Shown in pieces: positions 53,812 through 64,000 of a DNA stretch of 64,000 nucleotides (position 1 is its first letter; the number at the start of each line of letters is the position of its first letter). Position numbers and translations under genes: made by a program. The notes beneath the pieces were generated by a model. That model made no database searches. It was not told where the DNA came from and saw only the letters and a program-made list of their open reading frames with translations. The stretch lies in NCBI RefSeq assembly GCF_964355755.1, contig NC_092671.1, positions 13,640,001 to 13,704,000 on the forward strand. Direction: 5' to 3'. This DNA comes from Antedon mediterranea. Lineage: Eukaryota > Animalia > Echinodermata.

Positions 53812-56800
53812 TTGGAATGTAATAGTCGTCAGGTCAGCCATCTTACACCAAGACAACATCAACAAATTGTCAAGCTTATCGGTAACAAGTGTATCATCAA
53901 ATGCAAAATAAACGGCGGTGTGGTAGAAGCTTTATTTGACACAGGGTCACAAGTTTCTATAGTGTCACAGAAATGGTGGTTAACCCAGTTTCCTAATTTG
54001 CCACTACGGGATTTAAAAGAACTGTTGGAGTCAGATCTTAAACTGTCAGCAGCTAATGGAACAGAAATTCCGTACCTAGGATGGTTAGCACTTAAGTTTG
54101 AATTATTACCAACAGAAAAGCAATCAACATTATCCACTTTAGTACCTGTCTTGGTAACCGAAGATAATTTGCTACATCCAATCATTGGGTATAATGTCAT
54201 CAGAGAGATTATCCAGCATACTGAGGGACCAGAATTAAAGCAGGCCATAAGTACATCTTTCCCAAAATGTCATCACATTACAACAGAAAGATTAATATCC
54301 AAAATCCGAACGTCAGACCCTACAGACTTTTGTGAAATAAATTCTGGACACACTTTACATAAAATTCCAGCCAAGCAAACTAACATCATTAAAGTGAGAG
54401 CAAGAACAGGAAAGATACAAAAGAAAATGATGGTTTTATTTGAACCACATCCAGAACATTCTTTACCTGACGGACTGGAATTAGCTGAAACCATTGTAGA
54501 CTTAAAACAAGGATTCTGTTCACATATTAGTATCCAAGTCACCAACAGGACTGACAGAACACTGATTATCCCAAAGAAGACTCATACAACTAGTGACAGC
54601 AGTATATCATGGCAGATTGGACACTAAAAGTAATACAGTCAACGAGGATAATCCCATGAGAAATGTGCAGAAAGCTGCTACTAGTGTAGAGATGAACCCA
54701 GGAAGTACTGATTGGATATCTAAAATTAACTTCAACCATTTAAATGATAACCAACGAACATTGGTTGAAAAGATGTTGCAAGATGAGTCTAACAGTTTCA
54801 GTCAACATGACCGAGATATGGGTTCAATACCGAGTCTTGAAATGAAAATTAACCTAACCGACAACATACCAGTACAGAAAACCTATCAATCTATACCCAG
54901 ACCTCTCTTTCAAGAAGTAAAAGAATATCTTCGAGAACTGATCGACCAAGGCTGGATAGTAAAATCCGAATCACCATATGCTTCACCAGTAGTTTGTGTG
55001 CGAAAAAAAGATGGAGGACTACGGCTATGCATGGACTATAGAGACCTAAATCGGAAGACCATACCAGATTGTCAACCCATCCCCCGAATACAAGATGTGC
55101 TCGACAGTCTTGGGGGAAATATGTGGTTTAGTACATTGGACCAAGGCAAGGCATACCACCAGGGATATATGCACCCAGATAGTCGTCCACTCACTGCTGT
55201 TGTCACTCCCTGGGGTTTACATGAATGGGTGCGAGTCCCTTTTGGATTGAAGAATGCCCCATGCATATCAGAGGTGTATGGAGGACGCTTTAGATGGTCT
55301 AAATCATAGAATTTGTGAAGTGTATCTAGACGACATTATTGTTTACGGAAACACCTTTGAGAACCATATGAGCAATCTAAAGGAAGTGCTTCGACGGGTT
55401 CAAGAAAATGGAATGAAACTAAAACCAACTAAATGTCATCTATTTCAATCGGAAGTCAAATACTTGTCGAATTATTAGCCAGGAAGGGTACAGACCGGAT
55501 CCTAAGGATACCGAGGCGCTCAATACACTCAAAACAAAAGTTCCACAGACGGTAGGCGAAGTAAGGAAACTCTTAGGGTTCACGAGATACTATAGACGCT
55601 ACTTAAGAGATTACTCAAAGAGGGCGAAACCCCTATTCGTGTTACTAACACAAGCTGGAAGTTTAAAGAAAAATCATAAGAGGAACAAAAAAAGACAAGC
55701 TAAACAGAAAAACAACAAGGACAAGGGACAAGTTCCATCATCCACTCCAATAACTTGGTGCCCAGAATATCAACAAATTATAGATGGGTTTATTGATGAG
55801 TTAAGCCAAGCCCCAATCATGGCATTTCCTGATTTTGAGAAACCCTTTGAACTTCATACAGATGCCTCTCAGGATGGACTTGGGGCTGTGCTGTACCAAA
55901 GTCAGAATCGAACTTTGAGAGTTATAGGCTATGGTTCCCGTTCTCTTTCTCCCGCAGAGAAAAACTATCATCTACATTCTGGTAAGGTAGAATTTCTAGC
56001 TCTAAAATGGGCAATCACCAATCATTTTAGAGACTACCTATCATATGCCAAGTTTTTCACAGTCTACACAGACAACAACCCACTTACGTATATCCTAACA
56101 ACTGCAAGGTTAAACGCTGTTGGCCACAGATGGGTAGCGGAGTTGGCTGATTTCAATTTTGAAATAAAATATAGACCAGACACTAGTAATGATGATGCTG
56201 ACGTTTTGTCTCGGATGCCAATGACCCCAGCCGATTTTGAGAAGTGCACAGAACTAGTTTAACCTTCAGTTATGAATGCGGTTGTCCAGGGTGTTCAGAT
56301 TCAGCAGACCACGCTTTGCTTATATCAATAATCTGCAAGGGACCGAAATGAGTAACCATGACCAAAACCTCACATCTACTATCAACTTACCTACGTTTTC
56401 AAGTGAAGAAATACGAGACACACAAACCAATGATCCAGCTATTTCACGTTTTCAGCAGTATAAAGCAAAAGGCAAATGGCCTTCTAGGAAAGAACGGAAA
56501 GATGAAGAGACTGAAACAAGATTGATGATGCCCGCCCGGGTGGAGTAAAATTAACACTGATAAAAATGGCATCCTCTATAGAAGAACAGCAACTCGGACA
56601 CAGCTAGTTTTACCCAAACAATTAAGACAGATGGTTTTGAAAACACTGCATAATGAGATGGGACACTTAAGCACTAACAGAGTTCTTCAGTTGGTTAAGG
56701 ATAGGTTCTACTGGCCTCGTGCAGAAGCTAGTATCGAACACTACATACCAAAGGAGTGCAGTTGCGTTAAAGATAAAAGACCAGCGAAGATCACACATGC

Positions 56801-58098
56801 TCAAAATGCAAAGGTGGTTATGAATACATCCTGGTGGTCATAGATTATTTCACCAGGTTTGCACAGGCCTACCCAACTACCAACAAGTCAGGTAAAACAG
56901 TTGCCGACAAGATATTCAATGATTTTGTTTTAAAGTTTGGATATCCTTGCCGCGTTCATCACGACCAGGTCGAGAATTTGAAAACACTTTGTTTCGTCGC
57001 CTGGAACAACTTGGAGGAATTAAAGGATCGAGAACAACACTATACCATCCTCAAGGAAATGGACAAGTTGAAAGATTCAACCGAACCTTACTATCCATGC
57101 TTCGTACGCTGACCACACAGCAGAAGGAGGATTGGAAGTATCATCTCAATAAAGTTATTCATGCTTACAATGTTACACAACACGAGACCACAGGTTACTC
57201 ACCACATTTCTTACTGTATGGACGTTCACCTCGACTACCTATTGACCTCGCCTTTTCGTTAACTTCCCCAAATGAAGAGGAACAAGGCACATACAGTGAT
57301 TACGTCGGAAGGTGGAAGAAAAGGATGGGAGAGGCCTACAATATTGCGAGAACTGCAAAGAAAAGTAAAACCAGACACGACCAAAATAAGAAACTAAATT
57401 TAACCTTGTCACCTGGTGACAGGGTATTACTGAAGAACTGTGTTCCTCCTGGTGGTCCGGGAAAACTTCAAAGTTACTATGAAGATACAGTACATGTGGT
57501 GGTAACCCAGAAGCGTAACTTGCCGGTATATGAAGTACGACCAGAACAAGGAGATGGTAGAGTACGAACACTACACAGGAACCTATTATTTCCCTGTGAC
57601 GCATTGAAAATAGACTCACCTGAAACAATACCACCTAGAACACAACGTAAACAAGAGAAGACACGATTACATGACCAGAACAAAGTTGCAGAGGAAATCA
57701 ATAACTCATCAGACTCTGAGGATGAAGATGAAATGTTCAGACCAATTCACCAAACACCGACTGAAATATCTTTAGTTCCGGAACCACAGACTCACATTGG
57801 TGACCAGATACAGCTTCCTCGTGAAGAAGTGATTATTCCTGAAGTACCACAAATAAGTGACAGTTACCAGAGGGAAAATAGTGAATTACAAACATCACCA
57901 TCTGAGGATGACCAGTTGAGTCATGCAAGCATCCCTCTAGACCCACCAAACAATGTAGAATGTAATACAGGACGCCCGGCACGTCAACGGCATCCTCCTA
58001 GTACATTTAACTATGACCAAATGGGCATACCTGCACCACATTGCATGTCAATAATGACTGACACGACTCAACCATTTCACCAACTAAACGTCAGATGA
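53812..58098 (+). pseudogene. pol: Gypsy pol (protease, RT, RNase H, integrase), multiply frameshifted
   Basis: LFDTGSQ; SPYASPVVCVRKKDGGLRLCMDYRDLN; YLDD; LHTDASQDGLGAVL; VYTDNNPL; HNEMGH; [16 protein letters not shown], spread over at least 8 ORF pieces. Confidence 0.93.
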
Positions 58099-59190
58099 TG
58101 CAAGGAATTCTTCCCTTTAATTGTTATGGTAATTATTATTCAAATTATCCTATTTTGAACGACAGACAATTTCCACCGTGAAGAACTTATCAGCCAAATA
58201 ATACTCACCTACAGAACCAGAACTACTACCCAACATTTACTGAATTTTATCCAAACCGACGGTGGTACCCATCACATATGTTATCTAATAGAACAAACCA
58301 AGTGATGACGAACGGAAACTAACGATTGTAAATAGGTAGGAACCTGTATATAGCGATGAACATTATAAACTGTATTATTGACACTTTTCTTTAAAAAAAA
58401 AAGAAAAAAAAGAAGTTACTTGAAAATCAGATAATTGAACATTTGAACAGAGTATTGCACTATGCTAACTACATTATACTTGTACTTTAATTGAACGTTA
58501 AGAGGACTTTGTGACGAAGTGCAGCGGCAGCGGGTAAACGATACTATGTGTAGGAAACCAAATGAGTATGTGGTACCTTTGGATTGCATCACAAAGATAA
58601 TGGATGAGTTACAGTTTGAATATGTTACGATTGTCATTATGGACATGGACAAATACCTACCACTGATGGATGTATCGTTGTTGACGAAGTATAGGGAATA
58701 TAGGCCTAGCCCTATTACACATCCCTCCTACACACATGGAATGAGTGTGTGGGAGTTAGGCAACTTGCTATGGACAAGTGGTATGGAACTACATTCCCAG
58801 AGTGGCATAACCTACTGTAGAAAGTGTTTTGAACGGGAAAGAACATTGCTGGTTGTACAGTAATTGTAAATAACATGAATTCCACAAGATATTGCGATTG
58901 AAACACTTGATGACTACACATGCTAGAATAATATTTGCTTATTCATAAAGTAATACGTAGTTTTCACATATTTTGGACTTGTTATAGCAAAATGAACATT
59001 ATGGAATTGTATTGGTCAGTAGTTAATATTATAAATTTTGTTTTTCGTTCTATTAAAAGTAACTGAGAGAAGTAACTATTGTAACATACTAAGTAAGTTA
59101 TAGGCATAGTAAGGCATACATATCTTATGTTCATAGAAATGTAAGATAGAATTGGATATCGGGGACGACATTTCCCTTGTGGGGGGAGTG

Positions 59191-59592
59191 TGTTACATGG
59201 CAAGAAAACCAGGCCCTCTAGAGTTAGAAAATCAGGCCCTCTATAACAAAAATTGAGAGAGGTCAATTGGGAGAGTTCAGGGAGACATGTGTTATTGGGT
59301 TGCTGGCCTGTTTTTGTTAAGGGATTGCTGTTTGGTTTTGTTGTTTTCGTAAGATGTTTAAAGTTAAATTAAAAAGAACAGTTATTTAGAATTAAACCGT
59401 GGTTAACCATTAACAAGGAACTGATGATTATCCAGTAGATGATTAAAGGAATATAAGATCGTTTACAATTAAAGAGAACAGATGTGTTAATCCATTGTTT
59501 TTGTTGATTCATATTGTGTACGGGGATACTAAATTCACTTTTGAAAAATATCGTTGAACTATTGTTGAGATGTCCTGGAAACCTGTGTAAAT
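59191..59592 (+). repeat. 3' LTR
   Basis: Preceded by polypurine tract GGGGGGAG (59181-59188), followed by TSD CTAT. Confidence 0.95.
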
Positions 59593-59678
59593 CTATTATA
59601 ATATAGATTTTACTTTCCCTTGATTTACTTGGTACGTGAATAAAATTTCATCTGCTTTTTGTGCTATTTTAAACTTAC

Positions 59679-62427
59679 AAGTTTCACAGAACTGTCCAGT
59701 GTAGCAGGACGGACAGCTACACGTGTAAGCAGTACAGGAACCAGAAACCTGGACACAAGCAGCTCCATTTTGACAAGCATTATTAGTACAAGCATTTAAT
59801 ACTGAAATATTAAATAAATTAAAATTTACTTTCTCTTGATATAGCTGGTTCTTAAATACTATTTCATCTACATTTTGTGCTGTTTTTAAACTTACAAGTT
59901 TCACAGAACTGTCCAGTGTAGCAGGATGGACAGCTACACGTGTATGCAGTACAGGAACCAGAAACCTGGACACAAGCAGCTCCATTTTGACAAGCATTAT
60001 TAGTACAAGCATTTAATACTGAAATATTAAATAAATTAAAATTTACTTTCTCTTGATATAGCTGGTTCTTAAATACTATTTCATCTACATTTTGTGCTGT
60101 TTTTAAACTTACATGTTTCACAGAATGTTCCAGTGTAGCATGTAGCACAGCTACACGTGTATGCAGTACACAAACCAGAAACCTGGACACAAGCAGCTCC
60201 ATTTTGACAAGCATTATTAGTACAAGCATTTAATACTGAAATATTAAATAAATTAAAATTTACTTTCTCTTGATATAGCTGGTTCTTAAATACTATTTCA
60301 TCTACATTTTGTGCTGTTTTTAAACTTACATGTTTCACAGAATGTTCCAGTGTAGCATGTAGCACAGCTACACGTGTATGCAGTACACGAACCAGAAACC
60401 TGGACACAAGCAGCTCCATTTTGACAAGCATTATTGGAACAAGCATTTAATACTGAAATAGGAAATAAATTATATTTTAATTTCTCTTGAATTACTTGAT
60501 ACGTGAATAGAATTCCATCTGCTTTTAAACTTACATGTTTCACAGAACTGTCCAGTGTAGCAAAATGGACAGCTACACGTGTAAGCAGTACAGGAACCAG
60601 CAACCTGGACACAACCAGCTCCATTTTGACAAGCATTATTAGTACAAGCATTTAATACTGAAATATTAAATAAATTACAATTTACTTTCTGTTGATTTAC
60701 TTGGTATGTGAATAGAATTCCATCTGCTCTTTGTGCTGCTTTTAAACTTACATGTTTCAGAGAACTGTCCAGTGTAGCAAGACGAATTTGACTTTATAAT
60801 ATAGACTAATGGATAAAGGGGAATTAAAAGATGCTCCAGCTCAAACAGGGGTACTATCGGACTTGCGGTTTCGGAGGAGATAGAGTAACAAATTGTGGCT
60901 TAGTGCTATTATAATATAGATTTTACTGTCCCTTGATTTACTTGGTACGTGAATAAAATGTCATCTGCTTTTTGTGCTGCTTTTAAACTTACATGTTTCA
61001 CAGAACTGTCCAGTGTAGCAGGATGGACAGCTACACGTGTAAGCAGTACAGGAACCAGAAACCTGGACACAAGCAGCTCCATTCTGACAGGCATTATTGG
61101 AACAAGCATTTAATACTGAAATATTAAATAAATTATATTTTACTTTCCCCTGATTTACTTGGCACTTGAATAGAATTTCATCTGCTGCCCATGGCACTCT
61201 TCAATTTTCACCTATTGTATTGCATCCTTGATCGATTTTGGTAGTGGGGAAATGCAAAGGATTGCCAAACGCAATGTAGGCAGTTGCAAAGAAATTGGTC
61301 TAAAAAACACACTTTCGTATAAATTTGACTTTATAATATAGACTAATGGATAAAGGGGAATTAAAAGATGCTCCAGCTCAAACAGGGGTACTATCGGACT
61401 TGTGGTTTGGGAGGAGATAGAGGAACAAATTTTGGCTTAGTGCTATTATAATATAGATTTTACTTTCCCTTGATTTATCAATCAATCAATCAATAATTTT
61501 TATTTCTCAAATAAAAACAAAATACAGTTAACATTTTCTAAAAATAATAGATAATAAATGAGAAAAAGGGATACCCCACTGGAAGCTTAAGCTTTAAAAT
61601 GTGGGGTCCTGGCAACATAATTAAAAATAAGGTATTTACTTGGTACGTGAATAAAATTTCATCTGCTTTTTGTGCTGCTTTTAAACTTACATGTTTCACA
61701 GAACTGTCCAGTGTAGCAGGATGGACAGCTACACGTGTAAGCAGTACAGGAACCAGAAACCTGGACACAAGCAGCTCCATTCTGACAAGCATTATTAGTA
61801 CAAGCATTTAATACTGAAATATTAAATAAATTACAATATACTTTCTCTTGATATAGCTGGTTCTTAAATACAATTTCATCTACATTTTGTGCTGTTTTTA
61901 GACTTACATGTTTCACAGAATGTTCCAGTGTAGCATGTAGCACAGCTACACGTGTATGCAGTACACGAACCAGAAACCTGGACACAAGCAGCTCCATTTT
62001 GACAAGCATTATTGGAACAAGCATTTAATACTGAGATAGCAAATAAATTATATTTTAATTTCTCTTGAATTACTTGATACGTGAATAGAATTCCATCTGC
62101 TTTTAAACTTACATGTTTCACAGAATGTTCCAGTGTAGCAAGACGGACAGGTACACGTGTAAGCAGTACAGGAACCAGAAACCTGGACACAACCAGCTCC
62201 ATTTTGACAAGCATTATTGGAACAAGCATTTAATACTGAAATAGCAAATAAATTATATTTTAATTTCTCTTTAATTACTGATACGTGAATAGAATTCCAT
62301 CTCCTTTTAAACTTACATGTTTCACAGAACTGTCCAGTGTAGCAGGATGGACAGCTACACGTGTATGCAGTACACGAACCAGAAATCTGGACACAACCAG
62401 CTCCATTTTGACAAGCATTATTTAATA
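59679..62427 (-). CDS. Tandem EGF exon array, distal block: 9 full exons plus one shortened (111-nt) copy
   Basis: Same unit at 59679, 59896, 60113, 60330, 60535, 60993, 61691, 61908 and 62113. The copy at 62317-62427 has a 12-nt deletion and an AAG acceptor. Confidence 0.82.
61478..61634 (-). mobile_element. Short 5'-truncated retroelement 3' end inserted in an array intron
   Basis: Interrupts CCCTTGATTTA^CTTGGTACGTG with ATTTA duplicated; (TCAA)n tail, AATAAA on the minus strand and hairpin CCCCAC...GTGGGG. Confidence 0.65.
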
Positions 62428-64000
62428 CTTAAACATTATTTTATTATTGTCATATTTTACTTTCCCTTGATTTACTTTGGCACGTGAATAGAATTTCATC
62501 TGCGGCCCATGTGCGCTCTTTAATTGTTAACCATTGTATATTGCATGCTCGGTCGATTTTGGTAGCGGGAAAACCCCGAGGATTGGCGAACACAACGTTC
62601 GCCATTTACAAAGACATTGGTCTAAATTTGCCGTTCTAATTATAGACTAATGGATAAAGGGGAATTAAAAGGTGCTCCAGCTCGAACAGGGGTAGGCCTA
62701 CTATCGGACTTGCGGTTTGGGAGGAGATAGAGGAACAAATTTTTGCTTAGTGCTATTATAATATAGATTTTACTTTCCATTGATTTACTTTGTATATAAA
62801 ATTGGTTCGTACTTTCGGTACTGTTTTTAACCACCTGACGTAACCCTGTTTACTAATTAAATTGAGTTAGATAATTAGTTATTGACGATTAAAACGAATT
62901 TAGGTTCAACGATTTCCCCCAAATAGGGGTGTTTTCCGATCATGGTATATACTGACTAATGGATGTCCATCTTGAAAAATACCCGCCACAAAAATGCGAG
63001 GAGGCTTCGCATTTTCCTATCTCCTCCTACGATAATTGTTTTTAATAGCTGAAAACTGGTTGAACAGCTAGAGTACAGCATCATAATGTTGAAGACAGGC
63101 CGATTTTCTTTTAAAAAAATACTATTTTGATAGATTTAATATACGATTATACAAATGTATTGATTTGCGATGAATGGAACATCCCAATCTCTCAGTCTGC
63201 CAGAGTTTGGTTTAGCACAAGTAGGTAAATTTATGAGCCCTTGGTTTAACACATACGGTAGGTAAATATATGGGCCCTTTGAGAATAAACTTGCAATACG
63301 TTGACAATACTGTAAATACCTATTAACTATTTTTGGTACTCATTTGAATCGAACATTTCTTACTGTGAATGTTCGTACTGTTAGATGTAATATAAAAATA
63401 TATACAAATAAACTTTATTACTGAGATTGTGGTTAGGCTTTACTGTTAGATATATAAACACATTATTATATACAAATAAACTTTATACTGACAGTTCCTT
63501 CTCAACGTTTGTATTAATTAATAATTACCAATAATATAAACGTCGTAGTGGTGTATCGTAACATGTACTTTAATATTTCAATTGATTATGACAGTGACAG
63601 TTTTAACAAAGTATTAAATCGCAAATGTTTTACTGTATTTAGAGGTATATTATTTATAGGCCTATAAAACATGAACAAAATATTTCGTTACTGAGTGGAT
63701 AAAGAATATATTTAAAAATTGTTCCTCTTTGTACCTATCCGCTTTCCCATCCCTCAACCCTAATGTTACATACAAAACACAAATTGGGTTTGTTTAAATG
63801 AGTCCAAATCAAATATTTGGACTCATTTTGTGACAAGTTTCTCTTTTGGAAGTACGGTAATTCCCAGGGTGAACATTTCAGTTGACTACATAAATCATCG
63901 TGTCTATTTATTCGTTTCTGTAAACGACAATAACTATAGTCCTGCGGTACATAAGTGTAAAAATAAACCCCCTTTTCTTACGCCGAAATTACTTTGTATT

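Larger units (their letters stand above)
52127..59592 (+). mobile_element. Full-length but inactivated Ty3/Gypsy LTR retrotransposon inserted in an intron of the EGF array
   Basis: LTRs 52127-52530 and 59191-59592; TSD CTAT (52123-52126, 59593-59596). The empty site TGCTATTATAATATAG is seen in sibling array units. Domain order gag-PR-RT-RNaseH-INT. Confidence 0.97.
39650..62790. repeat. Complex exon+intron tandem array (basic periods ~205, ~217, ~538 bp; higher-order periods ~880, ~1419, ~2156, ~4917 bp)
   Basis: Recurrent identical ORFs in the track at constant offsets (e.g. 40802/42958, 43583/48500, 44876/46295/49794). Confidence 0.93.

Noticed and set aside
39593-62229. Dozens of 60-140 aa ORFs starting MLVPIMLVKMELLVSRFL... 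or MPWAADEILFK... as a family of small secreted peptides
   Set aside because: They are alternative-frame or intron read-through of the EGF exons. Unit lengths of 205 and 217 (both 1 mod 3) shift one exon's off-frame into the next exon's EGF frame. Splice signals explain the real frame.
62800-64000. Start/signal-peptide exon of the adhesion GPCR
   Set aside because: No convincing exon found; the 5' end probably lies beyond the window.

Overview
AT-rich, intron-rich animal genomic DNA (invertebrate-like; taxon not provable from the sequence). It carries two minus-strand spliced genes that I reconstructed by hand from GT/AG sites and reading-frame phases. (1) A single-pass multi-EGF receptor of MEGF10/Draper/SREC type, ~1.3-8.7 kb, whose 3' end probably runs off the left edge. 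(2) An adhesion GPCR (EGF-Ig-SEA-HormR-like-GAIN/GPS-7TM), 22.9-35.4 kb. Upstream of it lies a ~23-kb array of ~44 nearly identical, symmetric phase-1 123-nt exons (39.7-62.4 kb), each encoding an 8-Cys EGF module. The array has homogenised introns, higher-order duplications and ~10 donor-only half-exons, and is split by a full-length decayed Ty3/Gypsy element (LTRs, CTAT TSD, tRNA-Arg PBS). Between the genes is a 71-bp satellite carrying a TIR element and a young 5'-truncated Tx1/L1 LINE. Introns contain reciprocally nested Helentron/DINE-like elements, Harbinger- and hAT-like MITEs, LINE relics and apparent transposon excision footprints. All coordinates and counts were read by eye and may be off by a few bases or copies.
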